From the NCBI GenBank assembly GCA_965231875.1, contig CBDDOM010000002.1, positions 4,690,487-4,754,486 on the forward strand: a stretch of 64,000 bases of DNA. Direction: 5' to 3'. Below, in pieces: positions 1-17,172 of this stretch (position 1 is its first letter; each line of letters opens with the position of its first letter). The DNA is from Alphaproteobacteria bacterium (GTDB taxonomy: Bacteria; Pseudomonadota; Alphaproteobacteria; MPNO01). The position numbers were made by a program, and so were the translations under genes. The notes beneath the pieces are model-generated. The model had not been told where the DNA came from. It worked only from the letters and a program-made list of their open reading frames with translations, and made no database searches.

Positions 1-39
1 CGTCCGTCGCCGGAAGAGCTGGCCTTTCTCCGCGGGATC

Positions 40-5757
<5,718 letters not shown>

Positions 5758-5763
5758 CGTCGC

Positions 5764-6591
5764 CTAGAACACCCAGTCGAAGGCCCGCTTCAGGAAACCG
5801 CGCTCGTCGGGCTTGGGCAGAGAACCGCCTCCGACCAGGGCGTAACTGTCGGCGTACCATTCACTGCCGGGATAATTGTGCCCCAGGACGGCCGCCGCCT
5901 TTGTCGCCTCGTGCTCGAGACCCAGTGCGAGGTAAGCCTCCGTCAGCCGGTGCAGCGCCTCGGGAATATGGGTCGTGGTCTCATAGGTCTCGACCACGCG
6001 ATGGAAGCGTCGGACAGCGGCGAGATAGTGACCGCGCGTCAGATAGTATCGGCCGACTTCCATCTCCTTGCCGGCAAGGTGGTCCCGGGTGAGGTCGACC
6101 TTGAGCCGCGCATCGCGGGCGTATTTGGTGTCCGGGAAGCGGCGAACCACGTCCTGCAGCGCGGTCAGAGCCTTTTCCGTGTTGAGTTGGTCCCGCACGA
6201 CGTCCGAAATCTGCTCATAAAAGCAAAGACCGCGCAGGTAGTAGGCGTATGCGATGTCGGAGTTGCCCGGATGGAGCTGGATGAAGCGGTCGAGCGCGAG
6301 GACCGCTTCGTCGTAATCGGTCGCCTGATAGTGCGAGAAGGCGGACATCAGCGACGCCTTGACGGCCCACACCGAGTACGGGTGCTGCCGCTCGACGTCG
6401 TCGAAACGCTCGGCGGCCTGGCCATATTGCTTGTTACGGAGCGCGTCGACGGCTTCGTTATAGAGCTCCTGGACCGGCCGTTCGACGTAGCGTTCCGCGT
6501 CCTTGTCGTCGTCGCTCGCGCAGGCCGAAATGGCCAAGGCCGCGAGCAACACCGCGGCAATCCGAGCTACACGATCCGGCAAGGGCGACAT
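5764..6591 (-). CDS. bamD: outer membrane protein assembly factor BamD (YfiO) lipoprotein
   Basis: 275 aa. Signal peptide plus lipobox (LAISAC), TPR-like repeats, and the conserved position downstream of lpxC. Confidence 0.85.
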   Translation of the reverse strand: MSPLPDRVARIAAVLLAALAISACASDDDKDAERYVERPVQELYNEAVDALRNKQYGQAAERFDDVERQHPYSVWAVKASLMSAFSHYQATDYDEAVLALDRFIQLHPGNSDIAYAYYLRGLCFYEQISDVVRDQLNTEKALTALQDVVRRFPDTKYARDARLKVDLTRDHLAGKEMEVGRYYLTRGHYLAAVRRFHRVVETYETTTHIPEALHRLTEAYLALGLEHEATKAAAVLGHNYPGSEWYADSYALVGGGSLPKPDERGFLKRAFDWVF

Positions 6592-6711
6592 TGGCGGCCG
6601 CGGACCCTCATTCTGGGCTGCGCGTTGCGCGCAACGGGCGCGCAGTCTAGAGCATTTTTGCGTGGTGTCGACCCGGCCCGCGGAGGCGCGAACGGCCGCC
6701 GGGAAAGGACT

Positions 6712-7671
6712 TCAGCCCGCCGCCGCGGCTACCGCGGGACAGGCCGTTCCGTTCGGTTCCGGCGGAATGTCCCACCACGTCCAGCTGTCCCGGTCGGCGA
6801 ACATCGCGCGCAGAAGGTCGTGGTTGGCGGAATGCCCGGACCTGACGGCCACGATACGGGCCAGGATCGGCGCGCCGGCAAGGTAGAGGTCGCCGACGCA
6901 GTCCAAAATCTTGTGGCGGACGAACTCGTCGTCGAACCGGAGGCCATTGCGGTTCACGACGCGATCGCGGTCGATGCCAATGGCATTGTCGACGGACGCG
7001 CCGAGCGCGAAGCCGGCCTCCCGCAGCCGGTCGACTTCGTCGACGAACCCGAAGGTTCGTGCCGGCGCGATGTCGTCGACAAAAGCGCCGTTCACCAGCG
7101 CAATAGACATTTCCTGGCGGGCGATGACGGACGAATCGAATTCGATCCGGAAATCGATGGAAAAGGCATCGGCGGGCATCATCGAGATGCAGGTCTCGCC
7201 ACGATCAACGGTAACCGCCTTGCGCAGCCGGATCGCGCGCCGGGGCGCGTCTTGTTCCTCGATGCCGGCCCGTTCGATGAGTTCCACGAACGGAGCCGCG
7301 CTGCCGTCCATCGCGGGGATCTCGGGTCCGTTCAATTTCACGATCGAGTTGTCGATACCCATGCCGGCGAGCGCGGCCATCAAGTGCTCGACCGTCGCAA
7401 CCGTAACGCCGTGGCGATTCCCCACCACGGTCGACAACCGGTCGTTCACCACATGTGCGAGATCGACGGGCACCTCGCCCGTTCCCAACGGTACGTCGGT
7501 ACGGCGGACCCGGATACCATGACCGGGAGGCGCCGGGAGCAGGGACATGGCGATATCGACGCCGCTATGGAGGCCGATCCCCCGGCAATGGACCGCACGC
7601 TCGACCGTCGCCTGGCTTGCCCGCACACACCCCTCCTCTTGACGCAGTTCCTTCGCTGCCGATCCGGGCAT
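6712..7671 (-). CDS. lpxC: UDP-3-O-acyl-N-acetylglucosamine deacetylase LpxC
   Basis: Aligns by eye to E. coli LpxC (QATVERAVHCRGIGLHSG; TVEHLMAALAGMGIDN; RTFGF; GLRFDDEFVRHKILD..GDL). The true start may be a few codons inside the track ORF. Confidence 0.9.
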   Translation of the reverse strand: MPGSAAKELRQEEGCVRASQATVERAVHCRGIGLHSGVDIAMSLLPAPPGHGIRVRRTDVPLGTGEVPVDLAHVVNDRLSTVVGNRHGVTVATVEHLMAALAGMGIDNSIVKLNGPEIPAMDGSAAPFVELIERAGIEEQDAPRRAIRLRKAVTVDRGETCISMMPADAFSIDFRIEFDSSVIARQEMSIALVNGAFVDDIAPARTFGFVDEVDRLREAGFALGASVDNAIGIDRDRVVNRNGLRFDDEFVRHKILDCVGDLYLAGAPILARIVAVRSGHSANHDLLRAMFADRDSWTWWDIPPEPNGTACPAVAAAAG

Positions 7672-7869
7672 CTCGGAACTCTACTCCACCCCGAGGCGGG
7701 CGCCATTCTAGGTTGTATTTTGCGGCGCCCACCGATCCGGTCGGACGAGGATGGTTTACCTTCTCCAGGCCCCCTCGGGCAAATCAACAATTGTTGCAGA
7801 TTGTTACCGTCCCGAGGGTAGAACTCCGCGAGCGATTTTCAAATCAAGGTCGAAGTCGGTTCAATCCCT

Positions 7870-9483
7870 TCAATTCGCCTGGCGCCGCAGAAAGGCGGGG
7901 ATGTCGAGCAGATCCTCATCGTTCACCGCGCCGGGCTCCACCGCCTCCGAGTCGACCCCCTCGAACTCCGGTTGCCGTGGCGGGGGAGACCCCGCCGCGA
8001 CGGCACCGCCCTGAGAGGCCGGTTTCGGCGCCACCGTCGGTTCACGGGGCGGAGCTTCCGCGGGCGCGGGTTGCGCATTCTCGGGATGACGCTGGTTCCG
8101 GGATTGGCCGACACCCGCCATTCTTTTCAGCAGGCTGGGGCGGCGGCGCAATTGCGGCGACCGCTGGGGCTGCTCAACCGCGCTGTCCGTATCGGCCCGC
8201 ATGCCGGAATCCGCCACGGGAGACTCGTCGACCGGCTCTTCTTCGAATTCCGGCTCTTCGCCCCCTTCGAAGAAGCTTTCCTGCGCCGCCGCGCTCTCCT
8301 CTTCCAGCACGGGCTCGTCCGTCCGTTCGATCGTCAATGCGTCCCCGCCGGGGGACGCATCGACGGCAGCCGGCGAAGGCAGGTCCTCGTACGGATGCGC
8401 GGGCAGCGCCGCTTCCGTGTGGATATCCGGTGCAAGCCCGGACATCGGCGCGGGCGGGAGCTCAGTCTCCGCGCCGGGCACGACGCTGAGAACGGGGCGC
8501 GGCTGCATGCCCACATCGGTATCGATCCCGGTGGCTACCACGGAAACCCTCATCTTGCCCTCAAGGACCGGATCGAGAGTGGAACCGAAGATTATGTGCG
8601 CCTCGGCATCCACCTCGTCACCGATGCGGTTGGCGACCAGATCGACCTCGAACAGGGTCATGTCGGGACCGCCGGTAATGTTGATCAGCACACCGCGCGC
8701 GCCCTTCATCGACACCTCATCGAGCAAGGGGTTGGAAATCGCCGCTTCGGCGGCGGCCATGGCTCGATCCTCGCCCTCCGCTTCGCCGGTCCCCATCATC
8801 GCCTTGCCCATCTCGCCCATCACTGTGCGGATATCGGCGAAATCGAGGTTGATGAGCCCGGGAACGACCATGAGGTCCGTGATTCCCCGCACGCCGCAGT
8901 GGAGCACCTCGTCGGCCTGGGAGAATGCGTCGGCGAACGTCGTCTTTTCGTTCGCCACGCGGAACAGGTTCTGGTTCGGGATCACGATAAGCGTATCGAC
9001 ATGCTTCTGCAGTTCCTCGATGCCCGCGTCGGCGACCCGGGCGCGCTTGCTTCCCTCGAACTGGAACGGCTTGGTGACCACACCGATCGCCAGGACCCCC
9101 TGCTCGCGCGCGAGGCGCGCAATGACCGGCGCGGCCCCCGTCCCGGTGCCTCCGCCCATACCGGCGGTGACGAACACCATGTTGGAGCCCGCGAGATGCT
9201 CGGCAATCTCGTCGATCGTTTCCTCGGCCGCGGCCCGCCCGATATCGGGCCTCGATCCGGCGCCGAGCCCATGCGTGATGTTGTGGCCAAGCTGGAGCTT
9301 GCGGTCGGCGAGGGACTGCACGAGCGACTGGGCGTCCGTGTTGGCGACGAGGAACTCGACGCCTCCCAGCTTCGCATCGATCATGTTGTTGACCGCGTTG
9401 CCGCCGGCGCCGCCAACGCCGACGACCATGATCTTCGGCTTGAGAGTGGCATCCGTCTCGGGTACCGAAAGATTGATAGTCAT
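7870..9483 (-). CDS. ftsZ: cell division GTPase FtsZ
   Basis: 537 aa. Tubulin signature GGGTGTG, an N-terminal GTPase core, and a long Pro/Glu/Ala-rich linker before the C-terminal peptide, as is typical of alphaproteobacteria. Confidence 0.97.
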   Translation of the reverse strand: MTINLSVPETDATLKPKIMVVGVGGAGGNAVNNMIDAKLGGVEFLVANTDAQSLVQSLADRKLQLGHNITHGLGAGSRPDIGRAAAEETIDEIAEHLAGSNMVFVTAGMGGGTGTGAAPVIARLAREQGVLAIGVVTKPFQFEGSKRARVADAGIEELQKHVDTLIVIPNQNLFRVANEKTTFADAFSQADEVLHCGVRGITDLMVVPGLINLDFADIRTVMGEMGKAMMGTGEAEGEDRAMAAAEAAISNPLLDEVSMKGARGVLINITGGPDMTLFEVDLVANRIGDEVDAEAHIIFGSTLDPVLEGKMRVSVVATGIDTDVGMQPRPVLSVVPGAETELPPAPMSGLAPDIHTEAALPAHPYEDLPSPAAVDASPGGDALTIERTDEPVLEEESAAAQESFFEGGEEPEFEEEPVDESPVADSGMRADTDSAVEQPQRSPQLRRRPSLLKRMAGVGQSRNQRHPENAQPAPAEAPPREPTVAPKPASQGGAVAAGSPPPRQPEFEGVDSEAVEPGAVNDEDLLDIPAFLRRQAN

Positions 9484-9581
9484 GGGTGCCTCCTTGCTCC
9501 CGGGACACAGCGTCCCAAATGTTGCGTTCCGGCCGATCGCTTTCGGCTATGTCTCGGCCAGGTTTGAATTTCGTTCACGAC

Positions 9582-10823
9582 TCAGATGCTCTCCTTCAGC
9601 CATTGCCCCAGCCTGCCCAGCCGGCCGGTGCGCTCCGCGGTGCCGCGAATGGCGATATCCGTCTCGCCGCGGCGCTGCGCGGCGAACCGCAGGAGCCCGG
9701 CCGCGGTGGAGAAGGCGGGGCCGCTTACCGCATCGGCGAGCCCGTTGATGGAGATCGGACGACCGAGCCGGACCTTCTTGTTCATAATCAGCGCCGCGAC
9801 TTCCGGCGCTCCGGCCAGCTGGCTTGCGCCGCCCGTAAGCACCATGCGCCGGCCGGCGAGCTTTCCCATGGGGCTGGCGTCAAGACAGGCTTTAACCTGC
9901 TCGAAGATTTCCTCCAGTCGAGGGCGGATTATTCCCACGATCAACGAACGGGGCACGTGATTGGGCTGGTTGCGGTCTTCCTCACCGACCAACGGGACGT
10001 CGATCAGCGCATGTTCGTCCGACGCGGAGGGAAGTGCGGAGCCGTAGAGCACCTTGATCCGCTCCGCATGCACCAGGGATGTCGTCAGGCCCCGGGCAAT
10101 GTCTCGCGTCACATGGTCGCCGCCGATCTGCACGACCTGCGCATGGACCACCTGGCCGCCGTAGAACACCCCGACATTTGTGGTGCCGCCGCCCATGTCG
10201 ACCACGGTGGCACCGAGATCGATTTCGTCCTCGACGAGGCACGCCAGGCCCGCGGCATAGGGCGAGACCACGACATCCTCGACATCGAGATGACAGCGCG
10301 CGACGCAGGTAATCATGTTTCGCAGCGCGGCGGCTTCGGCGCTCACCAGATGCATGTCGACGCTGAGACGCTGGCCGTACATCCCGCGCGGGTCCTTGAT
10401 GCCGCTGCTGCCGTCGATGTGGTGGGCGACCGGGATACAGTGGATCAATTCCCGCTCGACATGGCCGTTGTGTTCGAGCCCCTGCCCGTAGATCCGGCGG
10501 AGGTCGGCGTCTCCGACCTCGTGGCCGTCGATTTCAACCTCCACGCTGAGGTTTCTGGAGTTCGGGCGGCCGGCGGATACGTTGATCACCACGCCGTGCA
10601 GCCGCTCCCCGACGCGCTCCTCCGCGGCGCTGACGGCCGTCAGGATCGCAGATTCCGCCGAATCCATGTTGACGATCGCACCGCCGCGGACCCCGCGGGA
10701 GGCGTGATGCCCCACGCCAAGCACCCTCACGTCTCCGGGGGCGCCTGACTCCGCGACCAGGCAGGCGATCTTGCTGGTGCCGATATCGAGCGCGGTCAGC
10801 ATGCCGCTTCCTGGCTTCGCCAT
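9582..10823 (-). CDS. ftsA: cell division protein FtsA
   Basis: 413 aa. Actin-like fold motifs (ALDIGTSKI, DMGGGTT). Its start shares 1 nt with the ftsQ stop. Confidence 0.95.
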   Translation of the reverse strand: MAKPGSGMLTALDIGTSKIACLVAESGAPGDVRVLGVGHHASRGVRGGAIVNMDSAESAILTAVSAAEERVGERLHGVVINVSAGRPNSRNLSVEVEIDGHEVGDADLRRIYGQGLEHNGHVERELIHCIPVAHHIDGSSGIKDPRGMYGQRLSVDMHLVSAEAAALRNMITCVARCHLDVEDVVVSPYAAGLACLVEDEIDLGATVVDMGGGTTNVGVFYGGQVVHAQVVQIGGDHVTRDIARGLTTSLVHAERIKVLYGSALPSASDEHALIDVPLVGEEDRNQPNHVPRSLIVGIIRPRLEEIFEQVKACLDASPMGKLAGRRMVLTGGASQLAGAPEVAALIMNKKVRLGRPISINGLADAVSGPAFSTAAGLLRFAAQRRGETDIAIRGTAERTGRLGRLGQWLKESI

Positions 10824-11656
10824 CAGCGCTCCTCCTTGTTCGAGCCGTTATCGGTGACGGCGTCATGGAAGGGGGTAACCACAATGCGGCTCGGAATGCG
10901 CAGATCGATGGTCGAAATCCGCCTTGCGAGCAGCGCATGTCGACGGTCGAGTTGAGCGAGCTCGCTCCATGCGGCCGCGGGTTCGGACTCCGGCAGGCGC
11001 ACGTCGATGCCGTTGTCGATGCGTATATTCCAGCGCCTGCCACCGACCTCGATCAACGCCCGCACCCGGCGCTTGAGATCCGGCTCGCGCCCGAGCATTT
11101 CGAGCATGGGCCTGGCGCGCGCGGGCTCCGACCGTGCCACGACCAACGGCAGGTGTGCATATCGATGCAGGTTCCGGTCGGTGATCACCTCGCCTTCTTC
11201 GTCGATCAACCGCAACCGGCCGTCGCGCTGCCAGAGCGCGAAGGGACGGCGCTCCTCGATCTCGATGAACACGGTGTCCGGCAATCGGGTCGTCACCCTG
11301 GCCCGTTTGATCCAGCGGTTGCGTTGCAGCCGCGCGCGCATGAGGTCGGCATCGATCCCGAGCGTGGGACTCCCCAGTTCGAGCGCCGAGGCGGCAAGCA
11401 CCGCTTCCCGCGAAACCTGCTCGCGCCCCGCGAGCAGAACTTCTCGAAGTCGGAAGCCGAGGTGCCCGGACGCCGCGATGACCGCCGTCCTGGCCTGCTC
11501 GACGTAGGCTTCAAGCAAGCCGGTCCGCCACATCCACCCGGCCCCGCCCAGGACGACGACCAGAAAGGCCGCTGCAAGGGCGGTTGTCCCGGCGCGCCCG
11601 GGGAAAGAGCGTCGGGCCGGAGTCCGTCGGTTGGAGTTACGGTCTACGCGTCGCAT
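10823..11656 (-). CDS. ftsQ: cell division protein FtsQ
   Basis: 277 aa. Single N-terminal transmembrane segment and a POTRA-like region. Its position between ddl and ftsA matches the expected order. Confidence 0.85.
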   Translation of the reverse strand: MRRVDRNSNRRTPARRSFPGRAGTTALAAAFLVVVLGGAGWMWRTGLLEAYVEQARTAVIAASGHLGFRLREVLLAGREQVSREAVLAASALELGSPTLGIDADLMRARLQRNRWIKRARVTTRLPDTVFIEIEERRPFALWQRDGRLRLIDEEGEVITDRNLHRYAHLPLVVARSEPARARPMLEMLGREPDLKRRVRALIEVGGRRWNIRIDNGIDVRLPESEPAAAWSELAQLDRRHALLARRISTIDLRIPSRIVVTPFHDAVTDNGSNKEER

Positions 11657-12561
11657 GCGGCGTGCTCCACCATCCAGCTCACCAATGAGGAGAAATCGAT
11701 TCCGGCATGGGCCGCGAGCTCGGGCACGAGAGACATCGGCGTCATCCCGGGCTGGGTGTTGACTTCGAGCAGAAAGACCCCCTCGGCGCCGCCGACCGCG
11801 TCGTCATATCTGAGGTCGGCGCGCGAAACTCCGCGGCAGCCGAGGGCCTTGTGGGCATCCACCGAGAACTGCATTGCGGTGGCGTAGGCGTCGGCCGGAA
11901 GCGGCGCGGGCACCAGATGTTCGGTGGCGCCCTCGGTGTACTTGGCGCGATAGTCGTAAAAGCCGGCGAGCGGGCGTATCTCCGTTACGCCCAGGGCGCG
12001 GTCGCCCATGACCGCCACGGTGATTTCCCGTCCCGGGACGTAGCGCTCGACCATTACGGTGTCGCCGAACGCCCAGCGATCTGTCGGGAAATGGGAATCG
12101 CACCCCTCGGTAACGATGATCACTCCGAGGCTCGATCCCTCGCTGAGCGGTTTGACCACGTAAGGGCGGGGCAGGGCGTCTCCCGAAGCCGCCGCCGACC
12201 GGCTGACGATGACGTGCTCGGCGCAGCGGATGCCGGCACAGCGGAACAGGCGTTTCGCCATCGGCTTGTCCATCGCGAGCGCCGAGGCCAGAACGCCGGA
12301 ATGGGTGTAGGGAATCTCCATGACATCCAGAATCCCCTGCACCCGGCCGTCTTCTCCGAACGGGCCGTGAAGCGCGTTGAATACGACATCCGGACGGGGA
12401 TCGAGGGCGGAGGCGATCGCGCGGATGTCGCGCCCGATGTCGACGGAGCGAGTGTCATATCCGGCATCGGCGAGCGCGGACGCAACGTTGCGTCCGCTGA
12501 CCAGCGAGACCTCGCGCTCGCCCGACCACCCGCCCATGAGCACTGTCACGGACTTACCCAT
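11644..12561 (-). CDS. ddl: D-alanine--D-alanine ligase
   Basis: 305 aa. ATP-grasp fold with the Ddl N-terminus (VLMGGWSGEREVSLVSG). Overlaps ftsQ by 13 bp. Confidence 0.9.
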   Translation of the reverse strand: MGKSVTVLMGGWSGEREVSLVSGRNVASALADAGYDTRSVDIGRDIRAIASALDPRPDVVFNALHGPFGEDGRVQGILDVMEIPYTHSGVLASALAMDKPMAKRLFRCAGIRCAEHVIVSRSAAASGDALPRPYVVKPLSEGSSLGVIIVTEGCDSHFPTDRWAFGDTVMVERYVPGREITVAVMGDRALGVTEIRPLAGFYDYRAKYTEGATEHLVPAPLPADAYATAMQFSVDAHKALGCRGVSRADLRYDDAVGGAEGVFLLEVNTQPGMTPMSLVPELAAHAGIDFSSLVSWMVEHAACDA

Positions 12562-13486
12562 AAGCCCGCCCCCGCGCGGTGCCGACGCGCTGGATTTCCC
12601 ATTCGAGCCGAATGCCGGTCGCGGCTTTCACCCTCTCGCGAACCTCCTCGCCGAGGTCTTCGAGATCGGCCGCGGTGGCACCGCCGGTGTTGATCAGGAA
12701 GTTGCAGTGGAGCGGCGAAACTTGCGCGCCGCCGCGGGTCAACCCTCGGCAGCCAGCCTCTTCGATCAATTCCCAGGCGCTTGCCTCCGGCGGGTTCTTG
12801 AACGTGCTGCCGCCGGTTCGTTCCCGGATGGGCTGGTCCTGGTTTCGGGCATCGGCGATCTCCGCCATTCGGGCGGCGACCTCCTCGTGCGTCCCGGGCA
12901 CGCCCCGCAGCGCCGTCTCGGTGAATATCCACCCCTCCGGCACCGCGCAGTTGCGGTATGAGAGACCGAGATCCGCCGCGCCCAGCCGATGCGTCCCCCC
13001 CGTCCTGTCGACTGCTTCGGCCGAGACGATGACGTCCCCGATCTCACGGCCGTACGCGCCGGCATTCATGCGCAGCGCGCCGCCGACGGTGCCCGGAATG
13101 CCGCTCAGAAACTCAAGACCCGAGACGCCGGCATCGCGCCCCTGGCGCGCCACCGTTACACCCATCGCAGCGGCGCCCGCCCGTATCTGCGTTCCGTTGC
13201 ACGCTATCGCCGCGAAAGGCCGGCCAAGACGGATCGCCACCCCCGGGATTCCGCCGTCCCGAACCAACAGGTTGGAGCCCACTCCGATCACGGTCACGGC
13301 GATGTCGAGGGGCAACGCTTCCAGAAATCGCGCCAGGTCCTCGCGGTCCGCGGGCTCGAACAGAAATTCCGCGGGCCCGCCGACGCGAAACCACAGCGAC
13401 CCGGCGAGCGGTACGTTCTGGCGCAGCGAACCGCGCACGGCCGGCAGGCGATCGATCGTCCGGGTCGGGGCGGCTGTCTCAATCAT
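12554..13486 (-). CDS. murB: UDP-N-acetylenolpyruvoylglucosamine reductase MurB
   Basis: FAD-binding PCMH domain ([16 protein letters not shown]). The true start MIETAAP at 13486 lies 2 nt after the murC stop. The track ORF (444 aa) is over-extended. Confidence 0.9.
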   Translation of the reverse strand: MIETAAPTRTIDRLPAVRGSLRQNVPLAGSLWFRVGGPAEFLFEPADREDLARFLEALPLDIAVTVIGVGSNLLVRDGGIPGVAIRLGRPFAAIACNGTQIRAGAAAMGVTVARQGRDAGVSGLEFLSGIPGTVGGALRMNAGAYGREIGDVIVSAEAVDRTGGTHRLGAADLGLSYRNCAVPEGWIFTETALRGVPGTHEEVAARMAEIADARNQDQPIRERTGGSTFKNPPEASAWELIEEAGCRGLTRGGAQVSPLHCNFLINTGGATAADLEDLGEEVRERVKAATGIRLEWEIQRVGTARGRAYG

Positions 13487-14936
13487 GGCCTGCCCCGGTG
13501 TTTCCCGCGGCGGCGACGGCGGGCTGCTCGTCCAGGATCGCCGACAGCCGGCCGGGCAGGGAATTGGCCCATGAGGTGATGTTGCCGGCGCCGAGACAGA
13601 CGACCATGTCGCCCGGAACGGCGAGCCCGGCGACCAGCGGGGCAAGCGCGTCCGGCGATTCGAGCGCTTGCACGTCGCGGTGCCCGCGTGCCTGCAGTCC
13701 GGCCGCCAGCGCGTCGCGGTCCACCCCCTGGATCGGCTCCTCGCCGGCCGGATAGACGTCGGCGACGACAACGGTGTCGGCGTCGTTGAAGCAGGTGCAG
13801 AACTCCTCGAACAGGTTCGCGAGCCGGGAATAGCGATGGGGTTGCACGACCGCGATGACATTGCGGCGACTGCTGGCCCGCGCGGCACCGAGCACGGCGG
13901 CGATCTCGACCGGATGGTGGCCGTAATCGTCGACGACCGTGATCCCGGCGACCTCCCCGGTCCTGGTGAAGCGTCGCTTGACCCCGCCGAAAGCCGCCAG
14001 CGCCCCTCGGATGGTGTCGTCCGCGATCTCCATCTCGATCGCTATCGCGATCGCCGCGAGCGCGTTCAGGACGTTGTAGGTCCCGACCATGGGCAGAACG
14101 AGACCGGAGAGGGTCCGGTGGCTTCCGCTCGTCCGGTCCGCGACTTCGACATCGAAGCGCGAACCGTCCGACAGGGTCTCGATCGCGGTGGCCCGGATAT
14201 CGGCCTGCGGACTGACGCCGTAGGTCACCAGGCGGCGGTCCGGCACGTCCCCGATCAGCCCCTGAACCTCCGGGTGGTCGATGCAGAGCGCGGCGAAACC
14301 GTAAAACGGGATGTTGGCGACGAAGGATTCGAACGCCCGGCGCAAATCGGCGAAGGAGCCGTAGAAGTCGAGATGTTCCGGGTCGATATTTGTCACGACC
14401 GCGACGGTGGCCGGAAGCTTGACGAAGGAACCGTCCGACTCGTCGGCCTCGACGACGATCCATTCTCCTTCGCCGAGGCGGGCGTTGGTGCCGTACGCGT
14501 TTATGATTCCGCCGTTGATGACGGTCGGGTCCAGATCGGCGGCTTCGAGTACGGCGGCGACGATAGAGGTTGTCGTCGTCTTTCCATGCGTCCCTCCGAC
14601 CGCGATCGACCATTTGAGACGCATGATCTCGGCCAGCATTTCAGCTCGGCGAACGACGGGAATCATCCGCGCGCGCGCAGCCGCGACTTCGGGATTGTCG
14701 GCGACGATCGCCGAGCTTGCGACGACGACCGATGCGTCGCCGAGATTTGCCGCGTCATGACCGACGCGGATCTCGATGCCGAGGGACCGCAGCCTGAGCA
14801 CATTCGCGCTATCGGCGATATCGCTCCCGCGAACCCGGTATCCGAGATTGTGCAACACCTCGGCGATGCCGCTCATACCGATTCCGCCAATGCCGACGAA
14901 ATGGATCGTTCCGACAGAGAGAGGGAGGGTTCTCAT
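13479..14936 (-). CDS. murC: UDP-N-acetylmuramate--L-alanine ligase MurC
   Basis: Mur ligase motifs ([25 protein letters not shown]). The start MRTLPL at 14936 overlaps the murG stop (ATGA). Confidence 0.9.
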   Translation of the reverse strand: MRTLPLSVGTIHFVGIGGIGMSGIAEVLHNLGYRVRGSDIADSANVLRLRSLGIEIRVGHDAANLGDASVVVASSAIVADNPEVAAARARMIPVVRRAEMLAEIMRLKWSIAVGGTHGKTTTTSIVAAVLEAADLDPTVINGGIINAYGTNARLGEGEWIVVEADESDGSFVKLPATVAVVTNIDPEHLDFYGSFADLRRAFESFVANIPFYGFAALCIDHPEVQGLIGDVPDRRLVTYGVSPQADIRATAIETLSDGSRFDVEVADRTSGSHRTLSGLVLPMVGTYNVLNALAAIAIAIEMEIADDTIRGALAAFGGVKRRFTRTGEVAGITVVDDYGHHPVEIAAVLGAARASSRRNVIAVVQPHRYSRLANLFEEFCTCFNDADTVVVADVYPAGEEPIQGVDRDALAAGLQARGHRDVQALESPDALAPLVAGLAVPGDMVVCLGAGNITSWANSLPGRLSAILDEQPAVAAAGNTGAGHD

Positions 14937-16054
14937 GCCGCCCACCTCGGCGCGCCGCCATTGGCCCGGGCCAGCGCGTGAACCCGGTCGGCAAGGCGCG
15001 CGGCGGAATCGGGGATCGCCCAACGGAGCGCCGCCTGGGACGCGTCGGAGAGAAGGCCGGGAGTACGCAACAGGGTCTCGATCCGGCTGGCCAGGGTATC
15101 GGCGGCCAGATCCATCTCGGTCATCACCCATGCGGCGCCGTAACGCTCGATCTCACGGGCGTTCCGGTGCTGGTGACCCCCAGCCGCGCGCAGAAAAGGT
15201 ATGAGGATTGCCGGGCGCCCGATCGTGGCGAGCTCGGCGATTGTCGACGCACCCGCGCGCGAAATTACCAGCGACGCTTCGGCCATCCGCGCGGGCAGGT
15301 CACCGAAGAACGGTGCAACCTCGGCCGGGATATCGAGTTGACGATAGGCGGCGGTCACGCGCTCCACGTCCTCGGGCCGTGCCTGCTGGACGATGCGGAG
15401 GCGCTTCTTCAGCCCGGCCTCGACCGCAGCGATCGCCGGCGGCACCAGATCGGAGAGAATTCGCGCGCCCTGGCTGCCGCCGACCACCAGCAGTGAAATT
15501 GGCCCATCCGCGACAATGGGATCCGTATAGGGAGCCCCCGCAAGAGCCGCGACCGCGTCGCGAACGGGATTGCCGGTCCTGACCAGCTTGGAGAGATCCT
15601 CGACCCGTACGCCATGGACCTCGTCGAACGACGTGGCGATAGCGGATACCCTGGGCGCCAGCGCGGCGTTGGCCCGCCCCAGCATGGCGTTCTGCTCGTG
15701 GATCATGCTGGGTATGCCCGCCCGGAGCGCGGCAAACATGGTGGGCAGCGTGGGATAGCCGCCGAAGCCGACGACGGCTCTCGGCTGTATCCGCGCGAGC
15801 AGCCTGCGCGCCTGCAACCAGCCGTAGCAAAGCGTCATGACACCGCGCGCGGTGCCGCGAATACCGCCGCCCACCTGCCGGGCGGCGATGCAATGGACGA
15901 CGGCTCCGGCTCCGGCGTCGAAGCCGGCTCCACGGCCATCGGTGACGATCGCCACATGATGTCCGTGGCGGCCGAGTTCGCGGGCAAGCGCGGCGGCGGG
16001 GAACATGTGCCCTCCCGTGCCCCCGGCGGCCAGAACCACTGGACCTTCGATCAT
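14933..16054 (-). CDS. murG: UDP-GlcNAc:undecaprenyl-PP-MurNAc-pentapeptide GlcNAc transferase MurG
   Basis: GT28 motifs ([16 protein letters not shown]). The start MIEGPVV at 16054 overlaps the ftsW stop (ATGA). The track ORF (804 aa) is a fused artefact. Confidence 0.9.
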   Translation of the reverse strand: MIEGPVVLAAGGTGGHMFPAAALARELGRHGHHVAIVTDGRGAGFDAGAGAVVHCIAARQVGGGIRGTARGVMTLCYGWLQARRLLARIQPRAVVGFGGYPTLPTMFAALRAGIPSMIHEQNAMLGRANAALAPRVSAIATSFDEVHGVRVEDLSKLVRTGNPVRDAVAALAGAPYTDPIVADGPISLLVVGGSQGARILSDLVPPAIAAVEAGLKKRLRIVQQARPEDVERVTAAYRQLDIPAEVAPFFGDLPARMAEASLVISRAGASTIAELATIGRPAILIPFLRAAGGHQHRNAREIERYGAAWVMTEMDLAADTLASRIETLLRTPGLLSDASQAALRWAIPDSAARLADRVHALARANGGAPRWAA

Positions 16055-17172
16055 GGCCGTTCGTCCCCGATACGCCGCCTCGTGAGGGCGAGCAAAAGGC
16101 CCATCGCGAAAGCCACCGCGATCAACGACGACCCGCCATAGGAAATGAACGGCAGCGTCATCCCCTTGGCCGGCAGCAGCCTGAGCGAGGACCCCATGTG
16201 CACCACCGCCTGCAGGCCGAACTGGACCGCGAGCCCGGCGACGGCGACCATTACGAAGAGGTTGGTTTCGTGCAGTGCGTGGGCGAGGCCCCTGAGCACC
16301 ACGAACGCGAACAACCCCAGTATCACAAGGCAGGCGACGAGACCGAACTCCTCGCCTGCCACGGCGAAGATGAAGTCCGCGTGGCCGTCCGGCAGCACCC
16401 CCTTGATCGTGCCCTGACCGGGCCCACGGCCAAGCACGCCGCCGTTCATGAAGGCCTGGAGCGAGGTTTCGACCTGGAAGTTGTCGCCCAGGCTGGGATC
16501 GAGGAAACGGTTGACCCGGCTGGTCACGTGCGGAAGCAGCGAATAGGCCGCGACGGCCACGGCTCCGGCCCCCGCGGTGAGGGCGACGGCCCAGGGGAGC
16601 GACAGTCCGGCGATCAGCAGTTGCACGTACCAGGCGACCAGGACCACGGTCGCCATGCCGATATCCGGTTGCAGGAAGAGGAGCCCGAGGACGGACACCA
16701 CCAGAGCCGTCGCCATGAGGCCCATTCCCGCGCTGCCGGTCTCGCGATGCCGCGCGAGCAGCCAGGCGACCACGACGGCGCAGGAAGGCTTGACGAATTC
16801 GGAGGGCTGGATCGAGACCGGGCCGAGATCGATCCATCTCTGCGCGCCCTTGGTTTCGGTGCCGAGCAGGAGGGTTGCGGCCACCCCTGCCACGGAGAAG
16901 AGAAGGACCGCGGCGGAGAGCCAACGGGTAGGTGCCGGAGACAGCAGGGAAACGCCCAACAGGACCGCAACGGCAAGAGGCAGGTAGGAGATGTGGCGCC
17001 AGACCAGATGATACGGATCGAGTTGGAGGCGTTCGGCCACCGGCGGGCTGGCCGCAAGGACGAGAAGCACTCCGATCGCGAGCAGCATGGAGAGCGCCGT
17101 CACGGTCCATCGGTCGACAGTCCACCACCAGCGGCCCAGCGGGGATGTATCGTTGCGGGCGAACACCGTCAC
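16051..17172 (-). CDS. ftsW: peptidoglycan glycosyltransferase FtsW (SEDS family)
   Basis: Ten-transmembrane SEDS protein (PDGHADFIFAV, GGSSL). The GTG start at 17170-17172 overlaps the murD stop (GTGA). Confidence 0.9.
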   Translation of the reverse strand: MTVFARNDTSPLGRWWWTVDRWTVTALSMLLAIGVLLVLAASPPVAERLQLDPYHLVWRHISYLPLAVAVLLGVSLLSPAPTRWLSAAVLLFSVAGVAATLLLGTETKGAQRWIDLGPVSIQPSEFVKPSCAVVVAWLLARHRETGSAGMGLMATALVVSVLGLLFLQPDIGMATVVLVAWYVQLLIAGLSLPWAVALTAGAGAVAVAAYSLLPHVTSRVNRFLDPSLGDNFQVETSLQAFMNGGVLGRGPGQGTIKGVLPDGHADFIFAVAGEEFGLVACLVILGLFAFVVLRGLAHALHETNLFVMVAVAGLAVQFGLQAVVHMGSSLRLLPAKGMTLPFISYGGSSLIAVAFAMGLLLALTRRRIGDERP